A stretch of 45,246 bases of DNA from a virus (taxonomy: Duplodnaviria > Heunggongvirae > Uroviricota > Caudoviricetes): the IMG/VR virus record IMGVR_UViG_2711768010_000017, one strand, 5' to 3'. Below, piece by piece: positions 9,356-20,654 of the stretch (positions are counted from its first letter, which is position 1; each line of letters starts with the position of its first letter). A program made the position numbers and the translations under genes. The notes under the pieces were generated by a model, which was not told the origin of the DNA, did no database searches, and worked only from the letters and a program-made list of their open reading frames with translations.

Positions 9356-10085
9356 TCAGAATTTATAACCGACACCCACGATGAAACCGTCAGTGCGCCA
9401 GTCGCCACTGCCGGAGCCTTCATAAGCAATATCAATGGCCACGGATTCGGTCGGGTTAAACTGCACGCCAGCTCCCCACGCCAGAGACGTGTTGCTGTGG
9501 CGACCGTCATCACTTCCGGTCAGCACATCGTGCGTTTTCCCCTTATTGTCAGTTACGCGGATATAATCCCCGGAAAAAGTCGACACACGGCTGTAAGCCA
9601 CACCCGCCATCGCATACGCGCTGAACCATTCATTCACGCGCACAGACGGCCCCGCCATCACGCTGAACCAGCGGTTACGAACGGAATCTTCATGCCAGCG
9701 GGTATCGCTGTAACGGGTCAGCTGGCGATTCTTGTCTCCTGCATAGCTGAATGACGTCACCANNNNNNNNNNNNNNNNNNNNNNNNNNNNNNNNNNNNNN
9801 NNNNNNNNNNNNNNNNNNNNNNNNNNNNNNNNNNNNNNNNNNNNNNNNNNNNNNNNNNNNNNNNNNNNNNNNNNNNNNNNNNNNNNNNNNNNNCCCCAGT
9901 GTGTCCGTAAACTCATAACGGTATTTCACGTTAATCCCGTTCAGATCATCACTGCCGGGAACGTTGGTCCGGGCATGAAGATACCCCGCGCTCAGCGTGG
10001 ACTGATGTTCAGACGCCCATGCAGGCGCACCGGATACGGCCAGACAAATGGCTGCGGACAAAATTGCTGCACAAACTTTACGCAT
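9356..10085 (-). CDS. lom: Lom/Ail/PagC-family outer membrane protein, interrupted by an assembly gap (N run 9763-9893)
   Basis: N-terminal signal peptide MRKVCAAILSAAICLAVSGAPAWA and C-terminal beta-barrel end GFIVGVGYKF; position between J and stf as in lambda. Confidence 0.7.
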
Positions 10086-10106
10086 AATTACCTCTCGCTT
10101 TTCTGC

Positions 10107-10133
10107 AATAAAAAAGGCGTCATTCCTGACGCC
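10107..10133 (-). terminator. Rho-independent terminator between J and lom
   Basis: Stem ggcgtca/tgacgcc with loop ttcc, followed on the minus strand by a T-rich run. Confidence 0.5.
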
Positions 10134-10155
10134 CTTTATTGGGGTTATAAATATT

Positions 10156-13100
10156 TCAACGAATACTGATGCCGGAAGCGGCTTTTTTGGTCACAATCAC
10201 CGTACAGTCGGTGATATTGCCTGCCCCCTGATTGCCTTTCTGGAAAATCTTAAACTCCAGAGTGACGCTTCCCCTGCCACTCGGCATATCAATAACTGCA
10301 CTGTAACTACCGGGAATGGCCCCTTTAGTTTCTCTGGATGCGATTAATACGCCGTTTTTGCGAACTTCAAAACCATAACCCGTGTATCGCGTGCCTCCTG
10401 GGTTATTTCCGCTCCCCGGATCGTCATACGCTATACCGTTAAAAATAATGGGCGGAATAATAATCTGGCGGTCAAAGTTATGATCATCGCTGATGGTGAC
10501 TGTAACCGTACCGTTTGGTGTTTCCGTGTTACCCCACGTACCGACTTTTTTCGGGAAGGCTTTTGATACAGCTTTAACGAAATCTCCTCTGACCTGGGTC
10601 GCCTCCAGCATGCCCTTAATCGTACAGTTCTGGTTAATCGTGACATTGTTGAGCGTCCCTGAATTTGCATTCACATTACCGCTGATATCCGCATTTTTAG
10701 CGGTCAGCTTTCCGTCTGGTGTCAGGGAAAATGCCGGCGGATTTCCACCGCTGGTAATGGTGGGAGCCGTCAGGCGTTTCAGGAACACGTCATTCATGAA
10801 TATCTGGTTGCCCTGCGCCACAAACATCGGCGTTTCATTCCCGTTTGCCGGGTCAATAAACGCGATACGGTTAGCGGCAACCAGAAACTGGCTCAGTTTG
10901 CCTTCCTCCGTGTCCTCCATGCTGAGGCCAATACCCGCGACATAATGTTTGCCGTCTTTGGTCTGCTCAATTTTGACGCCCCACATGGCATTCCACTTAT
11001 CGTTGGCGTCCTTCCACTCTTTCGAAAACTCCTCCAGTCTGCTGGCGTTATCCTCCGTCAGGTCGACTTTTTCCAGCAGCTCCTGGCCGAGATGGGATTC
11101 GGTTATCTGGCCTTTGAAAAAATCCAGGTAACCTTCCGCATCATCGCTCGCCCGACCGACAGCCTCCACGAATGCTGATTTGCCGACGGTGTTCACACTG
11201 CGGATATAAAAGTAATAATCATGGCCCGGCTTAATATTGATACTGGCGGCTATCCAGTACAGCCCCGTGCCAAGGTAGCGGGCTGTGGTTTCAACCTGCC
11301 TGATATCCGCAATCCGTTTTTCCGAGAACCAGAACTCAAACTGTACCGTCGGGTCATAAACCGCAAGATGCGGCGTGGCGGTTATCTGAAAATAGCCCGG
11401 CGTCAGCTCAATCCGCGACGGCGCTGCCGGTGCGGCAATCCGGAACGATACCGACGCCGGATCGCCCTGCTGCCCCCACGCATTTACTGCCCGGACTGTC
11501 AGCCTGTAGTTCCCCAGAGCCAGTTGTGTGAAGCGGTAAGTGGTTTCCGTCGTCCGGGCCGTGCTGACCAGCCGCTCACGGCCGTCATCCGCTGCCACGG
11601 TCAGGCGAAGCAGGAAGCTCACGCCCTTCACCACCTTCGGCGTGTCCCAGCGGGCCAGCACCTGGTATTCCCCGCTGTCTGCGGTGACTTCTGCGGTCAG
11701 GTGCTGCACCGCTGGCGGCGTGACACCATTTACCGTGCCGCTCTGGTCGCCGTCAAAGTGCGCCCCGTTATCCACGATGGCCTCTTTTTCCGGTACATGC
11801 TGCACGGCAGTGATGGCATACGTGCCGTCGTCGTTCTCACGGATACTCACGCAGCGGAACAGGCGCTGGCGCAGCGTCGGCAGCTTCAGCCCCCATACGC
11901 TGTATTCAGCAACGCCGTCAGGAACACGGCTCACTTTCACCTTCACGCCGTCGGTGACGGACTGAACCTCCACGCTGACCGGATTGCCACTTCCGTCAAC
12001 CAGGCTTATCAGCATGGTACCGGAGGATGGCAGCGTGATTTCACGGTCGAGCGTCAGCGTCCGGGTCTGGCTGTTTACCGCCAGCACGCGCCCGCCGGTG
12101 CGGATACCGGCATAGTCATCATCGCAGATTTCAATGACATCGCCCGGTACATGGCGAAGCCCTTCGGCACCCACGCTGAAGTCCACGGTCTGCGTTTCCA
12201 GCAGTTCTGTTTTAATCAGCCACAGCCCGGCGCGGTGTGCCTGCCCCCGGCTGGTACAGCCAAAAGCATCCATCTTCGTGACGTTACGACCGTAACGGGC
12301 AATGGCCTGCGTGTCCTCCACAAGCTCTGTCGCCGTCTCCCAGCCGTTATTCGGGTCAATCCAGTTCACCTCAACGGCATTATGGCGGTCCTTCAGGGCG
12401 CTGAAGCTGTAGCGGAACGGCGCACCATCATCCGGCATCACCACATTACTGCGGTTATAGGTCCACACCTTATCCGACGGTCGGTCCTGCACGAACGTCA
12501 GCGTCTGCCCGTTCCATACCGGCATACAGCGCATCGCCGAGCAGAAATCACTGAGCACATCCCACGCCTTGCGCTGTGTGGTCAGGTACGCATTACAGGT
12601 GATGCGCGGCTCCGTGCCGCCAAAACCGTCCGGCACCGACTGATCGCAATGCTGGCCGATGACATACAGCGCCCATTTGTCCACATCCGCCGCACCAAGA
12701 CGTTTCCCCATGCCGTAGCGCGGATGGGTCAGCATATCCCACAGACACCAGGCCATGTTGTTGCTGTATGCTGGCTTAAACGTTCCGTCCCAGATACCGC
12801 TGTATTGCCGCGTCTGCGGGTTATAGCTCGACGGCACCTGCAGAATGCGCCCGCGCAGATGATAATTACGGCTCACCTGCTGGCTGCCGAACTGCTCCGA
12901 ATCCACCTGCACGCCGACCAGTGCCGTGTTCGGGTAGCACTGTTTCACATCGATGATTTCGGTGTATGACGACCAGAGCGTTTTGTTCTGCAGCTGGTCT
13001 GTGGTGCTGTCTGGCGTCATCCTGCGCATCCGTATATTGAACGGGCGCGGCGGCAGGTTACCCACCACCACCGAGGCCAGATACTGCGAGGTGGTTTTGC

Positions 13101-13569
13101 CCTTAATGGTGATGTCTTTTTCCGTCACCCAGCCACCATTACGTTGTATCTGAACCAGCAGGCGGACTTCCGACGGATTCCTGTCCCCCTTTGAGGTGGT
13201 TTCCACCAGTGCCTGCACACCGAAGGTAAAGCGCAGACGGTCAATGTTTGCCGACGTGATGGTCCGGGTGATCGGCGTGTCGTATTTCACTTCCGTACCC
13301 AGTACCGTCTCGGAACCTGATGATTCAAATCCCTCCGGCGGTGTCTGTTCCTGCTCACCTGCCCGGAACACCACCGTGACACCAGAGATGTTGGTATTCC
13401 CCTCACTGTCCAGCACCGGTGTACTGTTCAGCAGCACGCTTTTTAATCCATCCACCGGACCTTCAACCGGCCCTTCGCTGATGGTATCGATCACACTCAG
13501 CAACTGCGTGGACTTCAGGTTGTCCTTTGCTTCGCGCGGGGTATGCCCCTTACTGCTGCCTTTACCCAT
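10156..13569 (-). CDS. Tail tip / host specificity protein J
   Basis: 1137-aa ORF, N-terminus [34 protein letters not shown] typical of lambda gpJ; downstream of I and K. Confidence 0.9.
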   Translation of the reverse strand: MGKGSSKGHTPREAKDNLKSTQLLSVIDTISEGPVEGPVDGLKSVLLNSTPVLDSEGNTNISGVTVVFRAGEQEQTPPEGFESSGSETVLGTEVKYDTPITRTITSANIDRLRFTFGVQALVETTSKGDRNPSEVRLLVQIQRNGGWVTEKDITIKGKTTSQYLASVVVGNLPPRPFNIRMRRMTPDSTTDQLQNKTLWSSYTEIIDVKQCYPNTALVGVQVDSEQFGSQQVSRNYHLRGRILQVPSSYNPQTRQYSGIWDGTFKPAYSNNMAWCLWDMLTHPRYGMGKRLGAADVDKWALYVIGQHCDQSVPDGFGGTEPRITCNAYLTTQRKAWDVLSDFCSAMRCMPVWNGQTLTFVQDRPSDKVWTYNRSNVVMPDDGAPFRYSFSALKDRHNAVEVNWIDPNNGWETATELVEDTQAIARYGRNVTKMDAFGCTSRGQAHRAGLWLIKTELLETQTVDFSVGAEGLRHVPGDVIEICDDDYAGIRTGGRVLAVNSQTRTLTLDREITLPSSGTMLISLVDGSGNPVSVEVQSVTDGVKVKVSRVPDGVAEYSVWGLKLPTLRQRLFRCVSIRENDDGTYAITAVQHVPEKEAIVDNGAHFDGDQSGTVNGVTPPAVQHLTAEVTADSGEYQVLARWDTPKVVKGVSFLLRLTVAADDGRERLVSTARTTETTYRFTQLALGNYRLTVRAVNAWGQQGDPASVSFRIAAPAAPSRIELTPGYFQITATPHLAVYDPTVQFEFWFSEKRIADIRQVETTARYLGTGLYWIAASINIKPGHDYYFYIRSVNTVGKSAFVEAVGRASDDAEGYLDFFKGQITESHLGQELLEKVDLTEDNASRLEEFSKEWKDANDKWNAMWGVKIEQTKDGKHYVAGIGLSMEDTEEGKLSQFLVAANRIAFIDPANGNETPMFVAQGNQIFMNDVFLKRLTAPTITSGGNPPAFSLTPDGKLTAKNADISGNVNANSGTLNNVTINQNCTIKGMLEATQVRGDFVKAVSKAFPKKVGTWGNTETPNGTVTVTISDDHNFDRQIIIPPIIFNGIAYDDPGSGNNPGGTRYTGYGFEVRKNGVLIASRETKGAIPGSYSAVIDMPSGRGSVTLEFKIFQKGNQGAGNITDCTVIVTKKAASGISIR

Positions 13570-13629
13570 TCCTCACGCTCCATAAACGACAAAACCGCCC
13601 GGAGGCGGTTTCACATAAAACATTTTGCA

Positions 13630-14277
13630 TCAGCGACCAATCACCACAACCTGACCACCATCCCCTTCGTCTGCCGTGCTGATCTCCTGAGAAACCACAC
13701 GTGACCCCACGCGCATTTCACCGTACAGAACAGGCAGAACATTGCCCTGGGCAACCATGTTATCCAGTGAGGAGAAATAGGTGTTCTGTTTGCCGTTATC
13801 TGTACTGGCTGCCGTGGGCGTCCTGGCTTTCGGTGCCAGCATCTGCGCCACTCCGCCCAGGATCATACTGGCCCCTGCCGCATACATGCCCGATACAGCC
13901 GCGGCCCCCAGCCAGCCCACAGGGTTCCACCATGCCACCGCAATCAGCGCCGCCCCAAGCACCACCTGAAACACACCGCCACTTTTAGCTCCCGCCAGAC
14001 GCGGCACGATGTGGATCACGGCACCATTTGCCAGCGGCTCATTAAGACGGGCAGATAATTCATTTTCGCCTGCATCACGCCCGGCAATGCGCACCTGATA
14101 CCAGCCCTCATTCAGTTTCTGACGAAACGCCGGGATCTGCATGGCCAGCGCCCGGATGGCTTCGGACCCCGTTTTCACTCGAAGGTCGATGCGGCGGCCA
14201 AATCGTTGTAAATCCCCGTAAAGGCAGATGCGTGCCATGCCCGGTGACGCCAGAGGGAGTGTGTGCGTCGCTGCCAT
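13630..14277 (-). CDS. Tail assembly protein I
   Basis: MAATHTLPLASPGMARICLYGDLQRFGRRIDLRVKTG... and C-terminal SQEISTADEGDGGQVVVIGR match lambda gpI. Confidence 0.8.
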   Translation of the reverse strand: MAATHTLPLASPGMARICLYGDLQRFGRRIDLRVKTGSEAIRALAMQIPAFRQKLNEGWYQVRIAGRDAGENELSARLNEPLANGAVIHIVPRLAGAKSGGVFQVVLGAALIAVAWWNPVGWLGAAAVSGMYAAGASMILGGVAQMLAPKARTPTAASTDNGKQNTYFSSLDNMVAQGNVLPVLYGEMRVGSRVVSQEISTADEGDGGQVVVIGR

Positions 14278-14918
14278 TTGTCGGTATACCTCTCTCGTTT
14301 GCTCAGTTGTTCAGGAATATGGTGCAGCAGCTCGCCGTCACCACAGTAAATGGCGGCATGATTCGGCACCGATGAACCAAAACAGCACAGCAGCACATCG
14401 CCCGGCTGCGCCGCTGACAACGGCACCTGATACAGCCCTGTAGCCTCCAGATTATCCAGATAGAGATTCTGACCGTGACGCCACCAGTCATCCCCGCGAT
14501 GAAAATCCGGCATCTCAATCCCCGCCAGATGGTAAGCATCCCGGAACAGCGTGTAACAGTCCGTCACCCCGTGCTCAAAGCGCCGCCCGGTAAGATGTGG
14601 CACACAGCGGAACTTGTGAATCGCCCCCCGGCAGACCAGCCACCACGGCAAATCACTCTGCACCTGCAGCCGCCGGTCGGCCTCACTCAGCCAGGGCAGA
14701 CCACCGGGGTGGCTGTGGACCAGCGCCACAATCTCACCCTGCATCTCTGCCCGCAGCCAGTCCTCCGGCGACATCCGGAAATACTCCTCCGGCTCACCGG
14801 AGATATTCACGCAGGGAAAATATCTTTCCCCCTCCGGTGTTCTCACCACGAAGCCGCACGACTCCGCTGGCGCACATCGCCGGGCGTGCGCCAGAATCGC
14901 TGATTCTGTCTCTGTCAT
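14175..14918 (-). CDS. Tail assembly protein K (NlpC/P60-like and JAB-like motifs)
   Basis: 247-aa ORF with HSHP metal-binding-like motif and Cys/His peptidase-like residues; lambda gpK position between L and I. Confidence 0.8.
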   Translation of the reverse strand: MTETESAILAHARRCAPAESCGFVVRTPEGERYFPCVNISGEPEEYFRMSPEDWLRAEMQGEIVALVHSHPGGLPWLSEADRRLQVQSDLPWWLVCRGAIHKFRCVPHLTGRRFEHGVTDCYTLFRDAYHLAGIEMPDFHRGDDWWRHGQNLYLDNLEATGLYQVPLSAAQPGDVLLCCFGSSVPNHAAIYCGDGELLHHIPEQLSKRERYTDKWQRRTHSLWRHRAWHASAFTGIYNDLAAASTFE

Positions 14919-14923
14919 GGGAT

Positions 14924-15326
14924 TTACTGCGAAAGTTTGTTAATGGAAAGGAAGCCGCCAAAGTTGCCGACGTTATTGCGAAACTTACAGCCGCTCAGGC
15001 ATTTGCTGCATTTATCCTTCGTGATATCGGACGTCGGCTGATCATATTCATCCGCGACCGCCGGACCGTGATAACCGCACTCATCGCCGCGATAGGTCCA
15101 GGTGCAGGTGTTGGCCAGCATGATACGTCCCGGANCTCCCCTGAATGGGATACGGCTGATACTGTCGCCCCTGCCAGGTGACCGGCTCACCTTTTTCGTT
15201 CTGCTCATTACAGAAAAAATAACGTTCTCCACCGACCTCTGTCAGATCGATTTCCCAGAGCACCACCTGGGCTGACTGAGTGAGGCGTGTCGTCTCATGA
15301 TGTGTTTCCTGTGGAATATCCTGCAT
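14924..15326 (-). CDS. Minor tail protein L, apparently collapsed around an ambiguous base (n at 15135)
   Basis: Both ends match lambda gpL (MQDI.QET...PYPIQG and GRIMLANTCTWTYRGDECGY...GGFLSINKLSQ) but about 100 codons are missing at the n. Confidence 0.6.
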
Positions 15327-15335
15327 CAGAGACTC

Positions 15336-15665
15336 CTATGCCACGACCTGTTCAAAATCTGCCGTTATGGTTACCCACAACGCCCCCACGCTTGCCGACC
15401 ATTTACGACAAACCACCCTGATCGGCTTCCAGTCATAAGGTGGCGTCCACTGAAATGCGCGGACGCCACCGTGCCGTTCCAGAAAGGCTTTTAAAGATGG
15501 GTGTTCACATTTACGAACACGTATCGTCACGCTGTAAGTCGACAACTGGTTATTCAGTCCCGCCGCACGACGCTGTTCATAACCATCGCCCAGCTTCACT
15601 GTCACCACTTTCGGCTCTGATACCACATTCATATCCGGGCGCACTTTCCAGTGAAACGTCTCCAT
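15336..15665 (-). CDS. Minor tail protein M
   Basis: 109-aa product METFHWKVRPDMNVVSEPKVVTVKLGDGYEQRR similar to lambda gpM. Confidence 0.85.
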   Translation of the reverse strand: METFHWKVRPDMNVVSEPKVVTVKLGDGYEQRRAAGLNNQLSTYSVTIRVRKCEHPSLKAFLERHGGVRAFQWTPPYDWKPIRVVCRKWSASVGALWVTITADFEQVVA

Positions 15666-18600
15666 TACCGATATGCTCCACTTAACCGACCACCATCACG
15701 GGCCTGCTGTTGCATAAAGTCCGCTGCCGCTTTTTTCCCAAGGTCATAAACCACCTTCAGGGCAGCCGGACCTATCTGCCCGTTCGTGCCATCGTTATTG
15801 ATCTCGATGTTGTACTGCGGGGCAAACATCGCCATACCTGAACCACCAATATCCGCCACAACCCCCAGCTTACCGTCAGCACCACGACGCAGTGGCAGAA
15901 TGGCTTCAGGTCCCGCTTCCCCCATCACACCCGCGCCTTTTGCAAAAGCAAAAAACGTCGGACGGTTAACCACCGTGCCACTGTAACGACTCAAATCAGC
16001 AGACTGATAAATCCCCCCATTGGCATTCAGGGAAAGGCTGCTGAGATCAAATCCCAGTACACTGCCAATCCCTTTTATCGATTTCATCATGGTTGCCTGC
16101 GCCAGGATTTTCGCCATATCTGACAGCACAGAAGAGGTGAAGGATTTGAAATTGAGTTTGCCGGTAGTGACAAAAGTTGCCAGGCCATTTCCCATGTTGC
16201 TGAAGGCTGACGAGAACACCTGTTCTGCTGTTCCTGCCGTATTATCTGCATCCACGGTAAAATCCTGAAATGCACGCAGGACTCCGTTTTTCCAGTTACC
16301 CTGCACAACTTCAAGCTGTTGCCAGTAACGGCGATTCTCATTCAGTTGTCGGTTCAGGCTCTCCGTCAGCGCCTGCTCGGCCTTTCTGTAGTCATCCGTG
16401 TTATATGTTCCTTTCTGCTCACTATCCCGCCTCAACTGCTCCAGCTGTTGCTGGTATTTCTGGCGAAGACTCAGTTGTACCTGATATCGCTGCCGCTGCT
16501 GATCACCCATACCCACCGTGGCGATATCCAGGTCATGTTGCTGACGCTGAGCGCGCTCTTCTTCAGCCAGTTGACTGGTCAGCTGAATTGTTTTTTTCTT
16601 CAGCTCGTTGAGTGCCGTCTGTTTCTGAAGCTCCTGCTGTTTTACATCCAGCAGCGTCAGTGCCTGAATCAGTTCATCTTTACGGGCCAGCACACTCTTT
16701 TCATCTGCCGTCAGTTTTTTCCCGTCCAGGTCGCTGATGCGCTGCTGCAGAGCCAGAAGCTGTTTATGCGCTTCTGTCATCCTTTCCGTGGCAATGCCTG
16801 CTGACTGTCTGGCAGCAGCAATCTGTCCTTCCACCTGTGCCTGTTGCTGACTGTACTGCAGCAATAACCGGGTGGCCTCATCATTACGGGGTTCGCGTGT
16901 TTTTTTCTTACCGGATGCCAGGGCTTTCTCGTAACGTTCATTTTCACGTTGTATCGCCGCATCCCTGACAGCCTGATCGGCGTACTGCATGGAATTAATA
17001 CGCGCAATTTCACGCTGATGTCGTGCTGCTTCCGTTTCATTCATCCGGTTCAGTGCAGCATTTTCAGCATTACGGCGTTTCTGTTGCTCCTGATAATTCC
17101 GCTCTGCCTGCTCTTTTGCATCCTGCAAATCCTTCTGGCGTTTTTTCTCCTGAAGCTCGTTAAGACGCTGCTGATCGTACTCAACCTGAGAAGATGATGC
17201 CGTCCAGGGGAGTCTTTTCGCCCGCGACACTTTCTCCTGTAAAGCGGAAATCTGTTCATCCAGCGAGTCTTCACGACCAATATTCATGGCCGCATCCCAG
17301 AAACGACTCCATAAATCAGACAGATACTTCAGCGTACTGCCCAGCGCATTGAGGTTATTATCAATATCCGCAGTACGCCGACCGGTTTCCTCTGCCAGTG
17401 CAGACATGGCTATCCGTGCCGCATCACTGGACCGCCCCTGTTCCCCAAGGACGCGTATCTGCTCAAGCTGAGTGGCAGTAAGAAAATGCAGCTCATTGTC
17501 CAGAGCCTTCGCGGCATTTACAGGATCATCCTTCAGCCGCTTAAACTGATTTATGGTATCGCTGACCGACTGGCCAACCGATCGCTCCATCTGTGCGGCA
17601 GCTCTCGCCACCATACCGATATCGTTTCCACGAAATGCACCACTCCCCACCACCTGAGCCAGCGCACCGGCTGCAGCATGTTGCGTAATACCATTCCCGG
17701 AAATAGCACGACTGAGCGTCCACAGCTGCCCGGCAGTGACTCCGGCATAATGCCCCGTCAGCGACAACTGGCGGTTAAATTCTTCCCCCTCCTTCTGACC
17801 GTCATACCAGGCTTTACCCAGACCATAGACAGCCGCGGCAATACCGCCAATAACCCCGCCCAGCATCATGCCTTTCGGTGACATCAGTGTGTCTATCCAT
17901 CCGGCACGGTTAGCCAGCGTTATTCCGGACCCCCTCAGCGCCCCTAAATTGCCGCGGGCCAGTTCACCTATCAGAACGCCTATCTCCTGGCGGGCTGCTG
18001 CACTTTTCAGACCCAGCGAATGCGTGGCTTTTCCTGCCTGCTCCATTTTGCGGATATACACTTCTGCAGCACTGCTTACCCCCAGCTGGGCAGCCTTAGC
18101 ACGAAGCAACTCAGAAGATGAAAGATTCTGGCGGGTTGCCTGCTCTTTAAGCTGACGGATAAACGCCACTTTCTGTCGGGTAGCCTCTTCCTCAGCCTGT
18201 GTAAGAACACGGGTTTTCGCCGTAACCTCAGAAATCAGCGCCAGATAATCCTGCTGACCAATCCCGCCACTGTTTCTGGCCTGTCGGATCTGCTGCTGAA
18301 TACGCTGTAATTCCTGCAGCCCCGCACTGGCCTGTTTCACACTGTCAATCTGACGATAAAACGCAGCAGCCGCTTTATCCTGAGCCTCCGCCAGAGCCAT
18401 GGCCTGCGCCTGTTCCTCGCGCATTTTCTGGCTCAGTGCCTCCATGCGCTGGCGGGTTTTCTCCACCTCGCGGGACATGCGTTCATGAGCCTGTGCGTTC
18501 TTCTCCACCGTCTGCGCATGGACGGATGCGGCTGTTGCAGCCGAAGAAGCCGCCTGCGTTGTCTGCCGGGCGGCCTGAGTCTGACGCTCCATAAAACGCT

Positions 18601-18730
18601 GCATACGGGCAGAAGACCGTTCTGCATCGCTGGCTGCACCATTCAGAAGGTTTTTGATACGGGGAATTTCATTTTTAAACTCTGCCGCATCAATCCCCAA
18701 ATCAATGACCAGGTTGGCTATCTGGTCCAT
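15665..18730 (-). CDS. Tail tape measure protein H
   Basis: About 1020 aa, coiled-coil rich, C-terminal NNDGTNGQIGPAALK motif as in lambda gpH; first ATG (MDQIANLVIDLG) at 18730, track start 18760 is TTG. Confidence 0.9.
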   Translation of the reverse strand: MDQIANLVIDLGIDAAEFKNEIPRIKNLLNGAASDAERSSARMQRFMERQTQAARQTTQAASSAATAASVHAQTVEKNAQAHERMSREVEKTRQRMEALSQKMREEQAQAMALAEAQDKAAAAFYRQIDSVKQASAGLQELQRIQQQIRQARNSGGIGQQDYLALISEVTAKTRVLTQAEEEATRQKVAFIRQLKEQATRQNLSSSELLRAKAAQLGVSSAAEVYIRKMEQAGKATHSLGLKSAAARQEIGVLIGELARGNLGALRGSGITLANRAGWIDTLMSPKGMMLGGVIGGIAAAVYGLGKAWYDGQKEGEEFNRQLSLTGHYAGVTAGQLWTLSRAISGNGITQHAAAGALAQVVGSGAFRGNDIGMVARAAAQMERSVGQSVSDTINQFKRLKDDPVNAAKALDNELHFLTATQLEQIRVLGEQGRSSDAARIAMSALAEETGRRTADIDNNLNALGSTLKYLSDLWSRFWDAAMNIGREDSLDEQISALQEKVSRAKRLPWTASSSQVEYDQQRLNELQEKKRQKDLQDAKEQAERNYQEQQKRRNAENAALNRMNETEAARHQREIARINSMQYADQAVRDAAIQRENERYEKALASGKKKTREPRNDEATRLLLQYSQQQAQVEGQIAAARQSAGIATERMTEAHKQLLALQQRISDLDGKKLTADEKSVLARKDELIQALTLLDVKQQELQKQTALNELKKKTIQLTSQLAEEERAQRQQHDLDIATVGMGDQQRQRYQVQLSLRQKYQQQLEQLRRDSEQKGTYNTDDYRKAEQALTESLNRQLNENRRYWQQLEVVQGNWKNGVLRAFQDFTVDADNTAGTAEQVFSSAFSNMGNGLATFVTTGKLNFKSFTSSVLSDMAKILAQATMMKSIKGIGSVLGFDLSSLSLNANGGIYQSADLSRYSGTVVNRPTFFAFAKGAGVMGEAGPEAILPLRRGADGKLGVVADIGGSGMAMFAPQYNIEINNDGTNGQIGPAALKVVYDLGKKAAADFMQQQARDGGRLSGAYR

Positions 18731-19031
18731 AACGCACACCTCCGGAAATACCTTCCCCAAGATGCATCAGTTCTTCGTCCGTTCGCTCCGGTATCCCGTT
18801 CTCTTCCGGTAAAAGGCTGAAATCAGCCACCGCAGCATCACTGCTGCCGGACACCATTCTCACGATCAATGCCTTCAGCGAGGCAAACTGCGCATCCATC
18901 CACACATCACTGAAGCTCTGCATCCGGAAATAATCGCCCCACTGACCAAGCTCAGTGGCCGACATTTCCGACAGCATCCGCCGCCAGTCTGCCCGCCGGA
19001 ACTCCCGGGCAAGCCGCATGACAAACTGCAT
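18702..19031 (-). CDS. T-frame segment of the tail assembly chaperone (expected G-T fusion by -1 frameshift)
   Basis: ORF in the -1 frame relative to G, open across the G stop codon; lambda G/T arrangement. Confidence 0.55.
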   Translation of the reverse strand: MQFVMRLAREFRRADWRRMLSEMSATELGQWGDYFRMQSFSDVWMDAQFASLKALIVRMVSGSSDAAVADFSLLPEENGIPERTDEELMHLGEGISGGVRYGPDSQPGH

Positions 19032-19039
19032 TTCCCGCG

Positions 19040-19429
19040 TCAGGACTTTTCCGGCGTCAGCCCCTCATGCTCCAAATCCCCGGCATTATCAATGGCCCCC
19101 ATACCGCTCAGCGACAGAACCATCTCCGCCCCCGCACCCAGGGCATCATACGACCATGTTGTAATAACGGATGCGTAAAGCGTCTCAACATCCTGAGACT
19201 GTTCCGCATTCCACAGTGAGCGGGAAACCAGCCAGGCATTGATATCCATCCCCATCCGCAGAAAAGCAATCTGTCGTTCAGCCTCCGGCAGTTCTCCCTC
19301 CCCGGCATCAAACTTTGCCGTTCGCTGCTGAACAAACGTCAGATATTCAATTCTCTGCAGCCCGGACAGCTCACTGAGCACCACGGACTGTTTTTCATAA
19401 TTAAACGTGTCCTGTTTCAGAAACATCAT
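19040..19429 (-). CDS. Tail assembly chaperone G
   Basis: MMFLKQDTFNYEKQSVVLSELSGLQRIEYL similar to lambda gpG; GGTGGAGA RBS before ATG at 19429. Confidence 0.75.
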   Translation of the reverse strand: MMFLKQDTFNYEKQSVVLSELSGLQRIEYLTFVQQRTAKFDAGEGELPEAERQIAFLRMGMDINAWLVSRSLWNAEQSQDVETLYASVITTWSYDALGAGAEMVLSLSGMGAIDNAGDLEHEGLTPEKS

Positions 19430-19486
19430 GTTCTCCACCTGTAAAAAAGCCCCGAATAACCGGGGCAAATGATGAGTATCGTCCTG

Positions 19487-20230
19487 TTAACCTGCTGCGC
19501 TGACAGTCACCGTAGCCACTGCCACAAAATTCCCGTCAGCGGTCATGCCCACAATGCTGACACTGCCCTGCTTCACGCCTTTCACCGTGGCCACAAGCCC
19601 GTTCAGGGTCACCGTGGCAGTCTGTGGATCTGTCGAATGCACACTGATCGCTTTGTCACTGGCTCCGTCAGGTTTTACTGTAAAGGTCAGCGTGGTGGTT
19701 GCTCCCACTTTTACACTGGCAGATGCCGGTGCCACCGTCAGCCCGGTAACGCTCACTGTTTCAGTGCCTTCCTCTGCCAGATACGGACGCCCCACACCGC
19801 TGATTTTCACTGTGCGGGTCATCACGTCTTTTGAGGCAATGGTTTTACCCAGTGAACTCAGCCAGCCACGGAAAACATCAACAGTACCGTTGGGATATTT
19901 GATACGAAACGCGCAGACTTCACCGGAGTCGAACAACTGAACCAGTTTTTTCTGCCCGCTGTCACCCGGACGCCAGGCCAGCGTCGCCGAAGTATCACCA
20001 ACGGATTTCTGCCCCTGGGTTGTCGTTTTCCAGTCTGCATCTTCATCATCGAGATAAGTGTCATCTTCTGCATCAGCGGTCATTTCGCCAGGTTGCAGAT
20101 CCTTCACCATCGCAAGACGCAGCCAGTCAGTGTCCGATAAAGGGTTCGCAAACGCATCGCCCTTGCCGGTATACATCCAGAACGTCGTTCCCGCACCTTT
20201 CGTTTTTGCCAGTGGATTTGGTGTGGTCAT
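19487..20230 (-). CDS. Major tail protein V with C-terminal Ig-like domain
   Basis: MTTPNPLAKTKGAGTTFWMYTG... typical of lambda gpV; ATG at 20230 with AGGAGG RBS; Thr/Val-rich Ig-like C-terminus. Confidence 0.85.
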   Translation of the reverse strand: MTTPNPLAKTKGAGTTFWMYTGKGDAFANPLSDTDWLRLAMVKDLQPGEMTADAEDDTYLDDEDADWKTTTQGQKSVGDTSATLAWRPGDSGQKKLVQLFDSGEVCAFRIKYPNGTVDVFRGWLSSLGKTIASKDVMTRTVKISGVGRPYLAEEGTETVSVTGLTVAPASASVKVGATTTLTFTVKPDGASDKAISVHSTDPQTATVTLNGLVATVKGVKQGSVSIVGMTADGNFVAVATVTVSAAG

Positions 20231-20240
20231 TACCACCTCC

Positions 20241-20654
20241 TTAATTCGTGTACGTGATCTGGTACGTGATTTCCGCCATCGCCCAGGTGGCCATCTCATT
20301 ATCACGTTGATAGTTAAAACCGAGTGGGATCAGGGTGTCGATGAGTCCGGAAAGTGCTGGTACATCATTCAAGGCCGGGAAAATGGTGCTCTCCATCCAC
20401 ATATCCAGCTCTGAATCCGGTGCCTGTGCCCGGATGAAGACAGCAATATGCAGAACAGCCTGCCAGTCATCTTCATCCGTCATTTTTCCGGTGTACTGAG
20501 CATCACTCAGCCACACCGCCACGGCAGGCAGTTCCTGCGCATCAACAAATGCCGGAAGCCCGTCAAAAAACGTGGCGCTGTCTCCACACTGTTCCCGAAG
20601 GCGTGCCAGTACGACCTGGCGGATTTGTGTATGTCGGTTCATCGGGTCAGCCAT
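20241..20654 (-). CDS. Tail terminator protein U
   Basis: 137-aa product with GATFFDG...PAVAV...PDSELD.WMES motifs as in lambda gpU. Confidence 0.85.
   Translation of the reverse strand: MADPMNRHTQIRQVVLARLREQCGDSATFFDGLPAFVDAQELPAVAVWLSDAQYTGKMTDEDDWQAVLHIAVFIRAQAPDSELDMWMESTIFPALNDVPALSGLIDTLIPLGFNYQRDNEMATWAMAEITYQITYTN

Noticed and set aside
11221-12969. 582-aa plus-strand ORF antisense to gene J
   Set aside because: Entirely nested antisense within a well-supported J gene; Arg-rich composition typical of antisense reading of GC-rich coding DNA.
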